64,000 bases of DNA, taken from positions 218,860,001 through 218,924,000 of the forward strand of contig OZ024741.1 of assembly GCA_964016885.1 (NCBI GenBank), in the 5' to 3' direction. Under the pieces are notes generated by a model. That model searched no databases. It was not told where the DNA came from and was given only the letters and a program-made list of their open reading frames with translations. Both the position numbers and the translations under genes were made by a program. Below, piece by piece: positions 14,636-26,353 of the stretch; within the stretch, counting starts at the first letter, position 1, and every line of letters starts with the position of its first letter. This DNA comes from Eledone cirrhosa. Taxonomy: Eukaryota.

Positions 14636-15455
14636 ATATATATATATATGGATATATATCTTTATTATCTATTTTTTATATATATGTGTATGTGTGTATG
14701 TGTTGCGCGTGTGTGTGTGTATATATATATCTTTTTATATGTGTATGTGTATGTTCGTGTAAGTGTATGTGTGTGTATGACTGTATATGTATGTGTGTAT
14801 GTGTGTATGCGTAAATATCTCTATGTGCGCGTACATGTATGTATGTGTATATATATCTGTATGTGTATGTATATTATATTATATTTATTATATTTTATTG
14901 TTTTATTTTTTTATTTTTCTTAATTTATAGATACATTTATATTAGGCAGTCTGCTCAGACAATTGAATACTGACCCCTCCCCCCCCTCCCACCTAATTTC
15001 TGTATCTTGATCTTGAAATGTGTGTGCCAGTGTTTTATGTGAGTGATTTAATTTCTATGTGCTTATGATTTTATATCCACATATATAAATGTGAGTGGGG
15101 GTGTGTGTGTGTTTGTATGTTCGTGGTTATGTGTATATTTATGCATATACGCGCATGTATGTGTGATTATACTGATATGTGTGAGTATGAAAAAATATAT
15201 TTATATGCTTGACTCCATAAGTATCAATGCGCATCTTATCAGCGCATTTTAAGCTTACAGAGATATTAACCTTGAAATTTTGTGTTTGCATCCATCTTTT
15301 TAGTATGCGTATACAAATTATACACACATTTTTGTAAAATATGTGTAAGGATTTTACATGTATATACACACACCGAACTGCTTTTAACCCTTTGTATTTT
15401 CATTGGTCAATTTTGAACTGATATTTTGAATTGTTGTTATTATCAATAAATATAC

Positions 15456-15610
15456 TTCATTATTTCTGAAGACGGCGTATATATGTGTTAGGTATGTATA
15501 TTTAATCTTGATAATTTGTATAATTTTGTATAATTTTGTACATAGATCTGTTGAATATGCATACCAATTATAACACATATATACCCTAGAAACGATCGTT
15601 AAATAATGAA
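15456..15610 (+). ncRNA. Type I hammerhead ribozyme motif with ~116-nt extended stem II
   Basis: Stem I TTCATTATTT/AAATAATGAA, core CTGAAGA...GAAA, palindromic stem III ACGATCGT, GUU cleavage triplet. Confidence 0.75.
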
Positions 15611-15812
15611 CTTTTTTTGTTTAATATAAGGAATTGTTTATTCATTATTTGTTTAATATTTTATCTTGACTCTGTATACCGTTTATCTTTCACCGAAAGT
15701 GGATTTTCATTACATCTCTTCTTTCCATGATATCCGGAATACATTGAGTTCTTCATACGGATTGGACACTACCGTAAACTCTTGGTAGATTTATCTACAT
15801 ATATATAAATAT

Positions 15813-15867
<55 letters not shown>

Positions 15868-15915
15868 AATATATATAAATATATAAATATATATAAATAT
15901 ATATATATATATATA

Positions 15916-15949
<34 letters not shown>

Positions 15950-15950
15950 A

Positions 15951-15981
<31 letters not shown>

Positions 15982-15990
15982 AATATATAA

Positions 15991-16061
<71 letters not shown>

Positions 16062-16103
16062 AATATATAAATATATATATATATATATAAATATATATAT
16101 ATA

Positions 16104-16281
<178 letters not shown>

Positions 16282-16394
16282 AATATATATATATAAATAT
16301 ATATATATATAAATATATATATAAATATATATATATATAAATATATATATATAAATATATATATATAAATATATATATATAAATATATATAAAA

Positions 16395-16486
<92 letters not shown>

Positions 16487-16532
16487 AACTTTTATTTGTA
16501 CTGCTTCTCTGTTTTTGTTACCGTCCAAGTTT

Positions 16533-16575
<43 letters not shown>

Positions 16576-16579
<4 letters not shown>

Positions 16580-16709
16580 CTGAAGACAGCATATATATGT
16601 GTAGGTATGTATATTCCCTCTGATAGTTTGTAAAAATTTTACATAGATCTATAGGATATGCATACCAACACTAACATATATATCCTAGAAACGATCGTAA
16701 AATGATGAA
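16576..16709 (+). ncRNA. Hammerhead motif, diverged copy of the long-stem-II family
   Basis: TATTT-CTGAAGA...GAAACGATCGTA-AAATG, flanked by (TA)n. Confidence 0.65.
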
Positions 16710-16756
16710 TTTTTTAATATAAGGAACTGTTTCTTTGTTTATTCATTATTTTATTA

Positions 16757-16799
<43 letters not shown>

Positions 16800-17025
16800 T
16801 ATCAGTATTGTTACATGTATAACCCCCCCCCTCCCAGTAATTCACTATATTCCATTATTCCATTATTACTAAGTCTGTAAGTCACTAGATTTCCCCCTAT
16901 CGATCGGAGAATACCTCCCACACATATATAGATACTCCACCCTCCCTCACCTAACCAGTTCTTAGCAGTAAATAAACACCCAAATTGTATGTTGTGCTTG
17001 TATATCTGATAACTATGTTGAAACT

Positions 17026-17805
17026 GTTAGTCCAGTCATCAGCAATTTGAGGTTAACCCCAACAATACCAAACTACCCCCACTCCCTGCCCTGGTTAGTC
17101 CAGTCATCAGCAATTTGAGGTTAACCACAATACCAAACTACCCCACTCCCTGCCCTGGTTAGTCCAGTCATCAGCAATTTGAGGTTAACCACAATACCAA
17201 ACTACCCCACTCCTTGCCCTGGTTAGTCCAGTCATCAGCAATTTGAGGTTAACCACAATACCAAACTACCCCCACTCCCTGCCCTGGTTAGTCCAGTCAT
17301 CAGCAATTTGAGGTTAACCACAATACCAAACTGCCCTCACTCCCTGCCCTGGTTAGTCCAGTCATCAGCAATTTGAGGTTAACCACAATACCAAACTACC
17401 CCCACTCCCTGCCCTGGTTAGTCCAGTCATCAGGAATTTGAGGTTAACCACAATACCAAACTACCCCACTCCCTGCCCTGGTTAGTCCAGTCATCAGCAA
17501 TTTGAGGTTAACCACAATACCAAACTAACCCACTCCCTGCCCTGGTTAGTCCAGTCATCATCAGCAATTTGAGGTTAACCCCAACAATACCAAACTACCC
17601 CCACTCCCTGCCCTGGTTAGTCCAGTCATCAGCAATTTGAGGTTAACCACAATACCAAACTACCCCCATCTCCTGCCCTGGTTAGTCCAGTCATCAGCAA
17701 TTTGAGGTTAACCACAATGCCAAACTACCCCACTCCCTGCCCTGGTTAGTCCAGTCATCAGCAATTTGAGGTTAACCACAATGCCAAACTACCCCCACCC
17801 CGCCA
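17026..17805. repeat. ~65-bp minisatellite, ~12 copies
   Basis: Unit GTTAGTCCAGTCATCAGCAATTTGAGGTTAACCACAATACCAAACTACCCCCACTCCCTGCCCTG. Confidence 0.95.
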
Positions 17806-17892
17806 TGGTTCTACAAAGTGTTGGTTTCAAAGTGTTTATATATATATATTTAAAATCCTTCCATCATAGTACTATGTAAGAACCTTTGTTAA

Positions 17893-18099
17893 CCCTTTAG
17901 TATTTACATTACTCTATATACACTATTGCATTTTCGTGGTAAAGGCTTATCTCACATAAAATCTCACATAATATCGAATTTATGAAATTTTGATATTATT
18001 TATTTTAAGAACAATACCTTAACATCAGTATTGGCGGTCAGTTACAGCCAGTTTAAACAGAAAAAGGTGAGAGAATTCTGGCCAGATACGGCTAAAGGG
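17893..18099. mobile_element. piggyBac-type MITE (~207 bp)
   Basis: TTAA-CCCTTTAG...CTAAAGGG-TTAA. An empty paralogous site (AACCTTTGTTAAGTTATGTTCCAAAC) lies at ~18269-18294, and a related right end at ~8890-8961. Confidence 0.8.
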
Positions 18100-19164
18100 T
18101 TAAGTTATGTTCCAAACATCAGCTTAAAATAAGAAAGTCTTTTTACTACTAAATCCTGCTAAATTCTTGATTATTTTCAAAATTATATGAAAATCATAGC
18201 CATACAATAACACAAGGTTGAAAGTGTTTATATTTATCTAAACATATTCCATCATAATTTTATGTAAAAACCTTTGTTAAGTTATGTTCCAAACGAGAAC
18301 GTTACTTATATTAATTAGTAAATGTCTCAAAATTCTTAATTATTTCTAAAATTATTCTTAAAAAATGTGAGACAATCCATTTCATTCGAAATACGGCAAT
18401 GGAAGGGTTATTGTGAGTGTTCTGAGGAAATCAGTGATAGAGAAAAAGTGTGAGTGAGAGGGGTAATTTCGAGTGAGACTATCAGCAGGCTGAGTTTAAG
18501 TTATGACTAAAGCCTTGGAGAGAGAGAGTGTGAGTGAGAGAGAGTGAATGTGAAGGGTTAAGATTTAATAGAAAGAAGTGAGGAAAAAAGGGGAAAGTTA
18601 GAGAGATGGAAGGAGATGAAATGGTAGATGAGAGAGAGGGGGAGATAATGGGAGATGAGAGAGAGAGAGTGTGTGTATGAGTGTGTCTGAGTGTGTATAT
18701 ATGTGAGTGTGTTTGTGTGTGTGTGAATGGGTTGGTGTGTGTGTGTGTATGAGAGTGTGAATGTGTGTGAGTGTGTGTGTGAGCGTGTGTGTATGTGAAA
18801 GTTTGTGTATGTGAGTGTGCATGTGTGTGTGTATGTGTGTATGTATGTGTGAGTGTGTGTGTAGGTGATGAGTGAGAAATAAACTAAGAAAAGAAGAGAA
18901 GTGATATAAAAGAAAAAGAAGTGGAAGATATACACCACACACACACATATATATGTATTTATATATATATACACACACACACATATATATATATATATTT
19001 ACACAGACACATATATATATATATATACACAAACACACTTATATATATATATATATTTACACAGACACATATATATACACAAACACACATATATATACAC
19101 ACACACACATATATATACACACATATATATACACACACACACATATATATATATATACACACAC

Positions 19165-19195
<31 letters not shown>

Positions 19196-19399
19196 TATAT
19201 ATATATACACACACACATATATATACACACACACACATATATATATACACACACACACATATATATACACACACACATATATATATACACACATATATAT
19301 ATATACACACACACATATATATATATATACACGCACACACATATATATACACACACACATATATATATATACACACACACACACACATATATATTTATT

Positions 19400-19999
19400 T
19401 AGGTCTGTTGGTTCACCACTGGATAGAACTGGTCATTCCGTATGGTCAATCTTGGTGTAATATTGTGGAGAGTACTCAACATAATGCAACTCACCCGTCT
19501 TTGTTTGTATTGTTGGTGGTGCGAGTACGGAGTTAATTATTATAAAATAACAGGAGGTTGGACTGGTGTAATTCCTTGAAAAGTTTATTATACTATGATC
19601 ATTTCAGTGACCGGGTTCAGTATGAATCCGGTGACATCATCAGGTATTCGAAATATAACAAAGGAATATAATAGACAAATTCCATGGGGCTGAAAAGCAG
19701 AGACAGGTGGGCGGCCGAACATTTAGCAGCTTCTAGCCCGGTCAGCCGCCCGTGAGTGATGATTATTAAGTCTTCCTATGTCCTTCTGGTGAAGGGGCGA
19801 AGACGTATAGTGTTCTACTACCACCCCGTCACAGACAGAGGCCAGCGGTGAGATCAGGTTACATTCAAGCTGGTGAGGTGTGCTAGAAAGTGCCACCTGA
19901 TGATGTCACCGGATTCATACTGAACCCTGTCACTGAAATGATCATAGTATAATAAACCTTTTAAGGAATTACACCAGTCCAGCCTCCTGTTATTTTATA

Positions 20000-20002
<3 letters not shown>
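19400..20002. mobile_element. PLE-derived element with inverted HHR-containing terminal repeats
   Basis: 19540-19645 and 19895-20002 are inverted copies, each with CTGATGA...GAAATGATCATA. The left arm has an extra ~140-nt tail; flanks are TA-rich. Confidence 0.7.
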
Positions 20003-20031
<29 letters not shown>

Positions 20032-20071
20032 TTTAGTAAGTAAGTTAATTTTATAATTTTCTTATTTTACG

Positions 20072-20103
<32 letters not shown>

Positions 20104-20337
20104 TTATTAAAATAACAGACGGTTTTTATATATTTGATATATATTTATCCTTATCGAGCCCTCTTTGGATTTTAGTCTTCAAATTTATTATATATATATA
20201 TATAGATTCTCTCCCCCCCCCCCCCCCTCCACCACTACCAACCAACAGGAACACCTACAGAGTTACTTCACTGACTGAGAAGACATCAACTCTTGCATCC
20301 TAGACACAGACTACAGCACAGCACCTTCAGTACACCC

Positions 20338-20389
<52 letters not shown>

Positions 20390-20444
20390 TGATTTAACAC
20401 TTCACTGTTCGCAAGTGTTTTTTAAGCTTCATATCATGTCTCCC

Positions 20445-20515
20445 TATTTTATCTGATGAGAACACAAATCTCATCCCATGATGATATTTGTTTTTGAAAT
20501 GCACATAATAAAATA
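20445..20515 (+). ncRNA. Type I hammerhead ribozyme motif
   Basis: Stem I TATTTTAT/ATAAAATA, CTGATGA, stem II, GAAA, stem III ATGCACAT, AUA site. Confidence 0.7.
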
Positions 20516-21299
20516 TATGGGACTCTTTTAACCATATTTTGATCTTATATTATATATATATATATATACACATTATATATAGATATATACACATTATATA
20601 TACAGATTATATATACAGATATATATATATATATATACATTATATATACATATATAAATATATACATGTTATATATAGAGAGATGGGGGAGGGGCTGATG
20701 ATGATAAGAAAAATATGGAGAAATAAAAATTGAAGAAGAAGAAGAAGAAGGAGGAGGAGAAGAAGAAGGAGGAGGAGGTGAAGAAGAAGAAGAAGAAGAA
20801 GAAGAAGAAGAAGAAGAAGAAGAAGAAGAAGAAGAAGAAGAAGATCCAGTGAGTGGTGAAGTGAATGAGAATGGAAGAAAAGGTGAAAGAGTGAAGAAAC
20901 AATGAAAGAGGTGAAGGTGGAGGAGATTGTGTAAGATGACTGAGGGGAGGAGAGGGAGAGGCTAAGGGAAGAGTGGGAGGTGAGATGGGGTTGTAGAGAG
21001 GGTGAGAGTGAGAGAAAGAAAGGTAGAAAGATAGAGAGATGGTGAGAGTGAGAGAAAGAAAAGGTAGAGAGAGAGATAGAGAGGTGAGAATGAGAGAAAG
21101 AAAGGTAGAGACAGAGGTAGAGAGGGTGAGAGTGAGAGAGAGATAGAAGGGGTGAGAGAGAGACAGAGATAGAGATAGAGAGGGTGAGACAGAGACAGAG
21201 ATAGAGAGGGTGAGACAGAGATAGAGATAGAGAGGGTGAGAGTGAGAGAAAGAAAAGGTAGAGAGAGAGATAGAGAGGGTGAGAGAGAGAGAGGGTGAG

Positions 21300-22300
21300 A
21301 GAGAGTTAGAGAGAGGATGAGAGAGAGACAGATAGTTGAGATAGAGAGGGTGAGAGAGAGTTAGAGAGAGATATAGAGAGGATGAAAGAGAGACAGATAG
21401 TTGAGATAGAGAGGGTGAGAGAGACTTAGAGAGAGATATAGAGAGGATGAGAGAGAGACAGATAGTTGAGATAGAGAGGGTGAGAGAGACTTAGAGAGAG
21501 ATATAGAGAGGATGAGAGAGAGACAGATAGTTGAGATAGAGAGGGTGAGAGAGAGTTAGAGAGAGATATAGAGAGGATGAAAGAGAGACAGATAGTTGAG
21601 ATAGAGAGGGTGAGAGAGACTTAGAGAGAGATATAGAGAGGATGAGAGAGAGACAGATAGTTGAGATAGAGAGGGTGAGAGAGAGTTAGAGAGAGATATA
21701 GAGAGGATGAAAGAGAGACAGATAGTTGAGATAGAGAGGGTTAGAGAGACTTAGAGAGAGATATAGAGAGGATGAGAGAGAGACAGATAGTTGAGATAGA
21801 GAGGGTGAGAGAGACTTAGAGACAGATATAGAGAGGATGAGAGAGAGAGACAGATAGTTGAGATAGAGAGGGTGAGAGAGAGTTAGAGAGAGATATAGAG
21901 AGGATGAAAGAGAGACAGATAGTTGAGATAGAGAGGGTGAGAGAGACTTAGAGAGAGATATAGAGAGGATGAGAGAGAGACAGATAGTTGAGATAGAGAG
22001 GGTGAGAGAGACTTAGAGAGAGATATAGAGAGGATGAGAGAGAGACAGATAGTTGAGATAGAGAGGGTGAGAGAGAGTTAGAGAGAGATATAGAGAGGAT
22101 GAAAGAGAGACAGATAGTTGAGATAGAGAGGATGAGAGAGAGACAGATAGTTGAGATAGAGAGGGAGAGAGAGAGTTAGAGAGAGATATAGAGAGGATGA
22201 GAGAGAGACAGATAGTTGAGATAGAGAGGGTGAGAGAGAGTTAGAGAGAGATATAGAGAGGATGAGAGAGAGACAGATAGTTGAGATAGAGAGGGAGAGA
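21300..22300. repeat. Purine-rich ~60-bp satellite built from (GA)n
   Basis: Recurring GACAGATAGTTGAGATAGAGAGGGTGAGAGAGACTTAGAGAGAGATATAGAGAGGAT. Confidence 0.9.
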
Positions 22301-23384
22301 GTATAAGGTAAGAATGTTGTGATATTGAAACCAGAAATGAATAACTAATGTTGGTTAAAGAATGTGAGGAAGTCTTATAGTGAAGGTTGTGGTATAGAGT
22401 GGTGGTGGTGGTAGAGGTGGTAGTGGTGGTAGTGGTGGTGGTAGTAGTGGTGGTGTTGGTGGTGATAGTAGAGGTGGTAGTGGTGATGGTGGTAGAGGTG
22501 GTAGTGGTGGTGGTGGTGGTGGTGGTGGTAGTGGTGGTGGTAGTGGTGGTGGTAGTAGAGGTGGTAGTGGTGGTGGTAGTAGAGGTGGTGGTGGTGGTGG
22601 TGGTAGTAGAGGTGGTGGTGGTGGTGGTAGTAGAGGTGGTGGTGGTGGTAGTAGAGGTGGTGGTGGTGGTGGTAGTAGAGGTGGTGGTGGTGGTGGTAGT
22701 AGTGGCGGTGTTGGTGGTGGTAGTAGAGGTGGTGGTGGTGGTAGTAGAGGTGGTGGTGGTGGTAGTAGAGGTGGTAGTGGTGATGGTGGTAGTGGTGGTG
22801 GTAGTAGAGGTGGTGGTGGTGGTAGTGAGGAAGTCTTATAGTGAAGGTTGTAGTATAGAGTGGTAGTGGTAATAGAGGTGGTAGTGGTGGTGGTAGTGGT
22901 GGTGGTAGTAGAGGTGGTGGTGGTGGTGGTGGTAGTAGAGGTGGTAGTGGTGGTGGTAGTAGTGGCGGTGTTGGTGGTGGTAGTAGAGGTGGTAGTGGTG
23001 GTGGTGGTAGTGAGGAAGTCTTATAGTGAAGGTTGTGGTGTAGGGTGGTGGTGGTAGTGGTGGTAGTGGTGGTGGTAGTAGAGGTAGTAGTAGTGGTGGT
23101 GGTAGTGAGGAAGTCTTATAGTGAAGATTGTGGTATAGAGTGGAGGTGGTAGTAGAGGTGGTAGTGGTGGTGGAAGTAGGGGTAGAGGTGGTGGTGGTGG
23201 TAGTAGGGGTAGAGCCGGTGGTGGTGGTGGTGGTGGTAGAGGTGGTAGTTAGTAGTGGTGGTAGTGGCAGGGGTTAGTAATGTATAGTAATGCTAGAAAC
23301 AGGGTGTAGTGGTAATGATGATTGTGGTTGTAATGGTGGCAGTGGTGATGGTGGTATTGAAGTATACAAGTATATATATATATC

Positions 23385-23868
23385 TGCTGACGAAGAAGGG
23401 TTTCTCCCTGCATACGAAAGGCCGGTTATATGATGCCTGTGTGAGGAGACATATGCAGCAACTGCAGAGGATATGCAACGGCTGGAGAGAAATGAGGCAA
23501 GCATGCTCTGTTGGATGTGCAATCTCAATGTGTGTGAACGACCGAGCATGAATGTGTTGACAGAGAAACTGTTTCTGAGAGGGATAAATTGTAGTGTGCG
23601 GGAGAGGAGACTGCGATGGTATGGACATGTGATGCGCATGGAGGATGACCGATGGGTAAAGAAATGGCAAGAAATGCCAGTTGAAGGAAGACGTAGCAGA
23701 GGAAGACCACGAAAAACATGGACGGAGGTGGTGAGAGCAGACCTCAGATCGCTGAAGCTCATGGTAGAAATGACGAAGGACCGTGACAAGTGGAGAGATG
23801 CTGTGCTGAATAGGACCCGTCCCATTCTTGCAAGCAAGGAAAAGTGGACATATGATGATGATGATGAT
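23385..23868 (+). mobile_element. 5'-truncated RTE-clade LINE 3' fragment
   Basis: RLERNEASMLCWMC...RRLRWYGHVMRMEDDRWVKK...GRPRKTW, followed by a (GAT)n tail. Confidence 0.9.
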
Positions 23869-23881
23869 ATATATATATACA

Positions 23882-24049
23882 TAGGAAACGGCAGAGCTCA
23901 AGCCGTTTCGACGACTATTTCTAGCCGTCGAAACGGCTTGAGCTCTGCCATCGGGTTCCTGAACCTTTTCCTATTACCCACTCTACTACCCAAAGTATTG
24001 AGTAACTCTGGTGCATTATGGTCCATCTGGTTCCTTACCACTTCCTTTG

Positions 24050-24050
<1 letters not shown>
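23882..24050 (+). mobile_element. Fold-back PLE/HHR-derived mini-element (family A)
   Basis: Imperfect palindrome GGCAGAGCTCAAGCCGTTTCGACG...CGTCGAAACGGCTTGAGCTCTGCC plus a tail homologous to 31545-31620; lies in (TA)n. Confidence 0.75.
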
Positions 24051-24096
<46 letters not shown>

Positions 24097-24097
24097 A

Positions 24098-24430
24098 TGG
24101 AGGCACATGGTTTAGTAGTTAGGGCATTGGCCTTGCAATCGTCGAAAGGTTGTGAGTTCAATTCTCAGACCGGGTGATGTGTTGTTTCCTTGAGCAAGAC
24201 ACTTTATTTCACATTGCTCCAGTTTACTCAGCTGTAGAAATGAGATGATAGGACTGGATGAAAGCACCCAGCCCATACTGTAAAGTGAACGTGTAGGTGC
24301 CACGGAAAAAAAGCACCCAGCACTCACTGTAAATGAGGTTGGTGTTAGGAAGAGCATCCAGCTGTAGAAATCAAGCCAGAATCAGTTCCCGTCCCACCCT
24401 TGCAAGCAGGGAAAATGATGATGATGATAT
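24098..24430 (+). mobile_element. CORE-SINE with RTE-derived tail
   Basis: Same head and CORE as 3260-3655; tail GCACCCAGCACTCACTGTAAATGAGGTTGGTGTTAGGAAG...(GAT)n. Confidence 0.85.
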
Positions 24431-25164
24431 ATATACATGCCTTTATGTGTTTCCTGGGATGATTATGTGGTCATGGACTCCATAGCCTAGATGGAAGGTG
24501 GCCCATAATGGAAGGCAGTCACTCCGAATAAATATGACTGCCTGAAGGTAGAACGGGGCTATGTAAGCCACTGGGAAAGTGGCCCATGTAAGCCACGGGC
24601 AAATTGGACCATTGAGAAGGGCAACAACACTGAATAAATGTAACTGGATGAAGTAGATGTGGGCTCTGTAAACCGCAGGGAACGGAGCCCATCTTGGAGG
24701 GCACCCACTGTAAATGCATATAACTGCATGAGGTAGATTTAGGCTTCGTAGCCCAGATAAAAGGCAACCCATCTTGGAGAGCGATCACTCAGAATATGAT
24801 AGCATGAGGTAGACATGGCCTCTATAAGCCACAGGCAAAGCAGCCTATTTCAGAAGAGAATCACTCCAAATATATATGATTGCATAAGGTAGACATGGGC
24901 TTTGTAAGCCACTGGCAAAGTAGCTCATCTTGGAGAGCAGCCACCACTGCAAATAAATATGAGTGCATGAGGTAGAATGACTGCATTGGGTAGACATGGA
25001 TTCCATAAGCCACAGGCAGAGTAGGTTTAGATATGTGTTACAACATGATCTCACTTAGAACAAAATACTTAACATGCTTTCGTTTGGGGAATGATAGTTG
25101 ACTGTAAAACATGATTTAAAAGTAGAGGATTGGTAAATTCATATTATTAAATTAAAACATCTTC

Positions 25165-25620
25165 CTCTTCACCCATTTATTCCTGGGAGGGTCGTGGGAA
25201 CAGAGTCCTCAAACCCTTCCAGTGGGTCCTGTCAGAAGCAACCATCACTAATTGATCCAATTGGATCCCCAAGTGAAACCAGCCAAGCTCATGGATGTTA
25301 TCCAACAATCATGTTCAGAGTCGTTTACCTTTGGGTCTCCTGCCGGATTGGTTTTGCCTGTAAAATCTGTCCAGTGATTCTTTCTTGAGATATTCTAACC
25401 ACATGTCCATAGTATCAAAGCTGTGATCTCTCAATTTGGAGAAGTAGTGGCTCTATGAGCTCTGAGTTACACACTATTGAGTAATGTTACTCCAAAGATC
25501 TTTCAGAGGAACTCCATTTGGGTCGTTTGTATTTGCTATCGTATTCTTTCGGTCATTACCCAAGACTGATGACCATAGGTAAAGGTTGGCATGAAAACTA
25601 AATTCATGACATGATTTTAA
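25165..25620 (-). mobile_element. Degenerate RTE-type LINE 3' fragment (second family)
   Basis: Minus strand gives VFMPTFTYGHQSWVMTERIR*QIQ... and YGHVVRISQE with stops; related to 40300-40930. Confidence 0.7.
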
Positions 25621-26149
25621 AAATATAGGAAATTCCTGTGGAGGAATACTGCACTGGAAAAGATGATGTAAAAAGATGATGATGATGATGATGATGATGA
25701 TGACGATGATGATGATGATGATGATGCTGTTGGTGAATAGTGTTCTATAAATAAGGCAGTGTGTATAGATGTAAATGTGTATGATATATTGGTGTCTAGT
25801 GGTAGAGTGTAGTAATGTATAGTTGGGTTGATCGTGCATGTATATATATGTATATATATGTATATATATATATATATATATACGAGTACACTCAAATATG
25901 ACACATATAGGTTTAAGAAGAGGAGGGACAGAGGAGGAAGAGGAAAGGGAAGTCCCATTACTCTGGAATTTCTATTGAAGATGTATGTGGGGTTGGGGAT
26001 AGTGTAGCTGTTGCTGTGGTGGTGGTGGTGGGAGGGTAGACAGAGCAATGTGCTTGTATGTAATCCGATGTGTATAGCTGCAGTCAGGGTCTCTCTCCCT
26101 CCCTCTCTCTCTGTCTCTCTATCTCTCTCTCTCTCTATATATATATATA

Positions 26150-26340
26150 AGTTTATCGTGGGTTCAATCGGGGGTAACCACAGTAAGTAAGGTACTCAAT
26201 ACAAAGCAGAGTAGAAATATATAATATAGAAATGGCTTCTACAGGACTAGAACTGTTTCATTTGGGAGAAATCATCAGGAGGCCCTGATTTCTCCCGAAT
26301 GAAACAGTTCTAGTCCTGTAGAAGCCCCATTTATATTATA
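26150..26340 (-). mobile_element. Fold-back mini-element with a minimal hammerhead (26234-26284, minus strand)
   Basis: Palindrome at 26220-26340. Minus strand reads GGCCTC-CTGATGA-TTTCTCCCAAAT-GAAACAG-TTCTAGTC-CTGTA-GAAGCC (stem II is weak). One arm has a 70-nt tail; TA flanks. Confidence 0.7.
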
Positions 26341-26353
26341 TATATATATATAT

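Larger units (their letters stand above)
10954..15797 (+). mobile_element. 5'-truncated Penelope-like element with inverted 5' pLTR copy
   Basis: 10954-11516 is a near-perfect inverted copy of 15102-15664 (identical ORF-track translations). A GIY-YIG remnant starts at the inversion junction, an HHR lies in the repeat, and both ends abut (TA)n. Confidence 0.8.

Noticed and set aside
17026-17805. CTGATGA-CTGG-ACTAA-CCAG on the minus strand of every minisatellite unit, suggesting a retrozyme array
   Set aside because: The obligatory GAAA is absent (GGCA instead), and no stem I or stem III could be built.
24470-25030. Degenerate ~90-bp repeats with short ORFs
   Set aside because: Frequent stops and indels and no recognisable domain; treated as an old tandem repeat.
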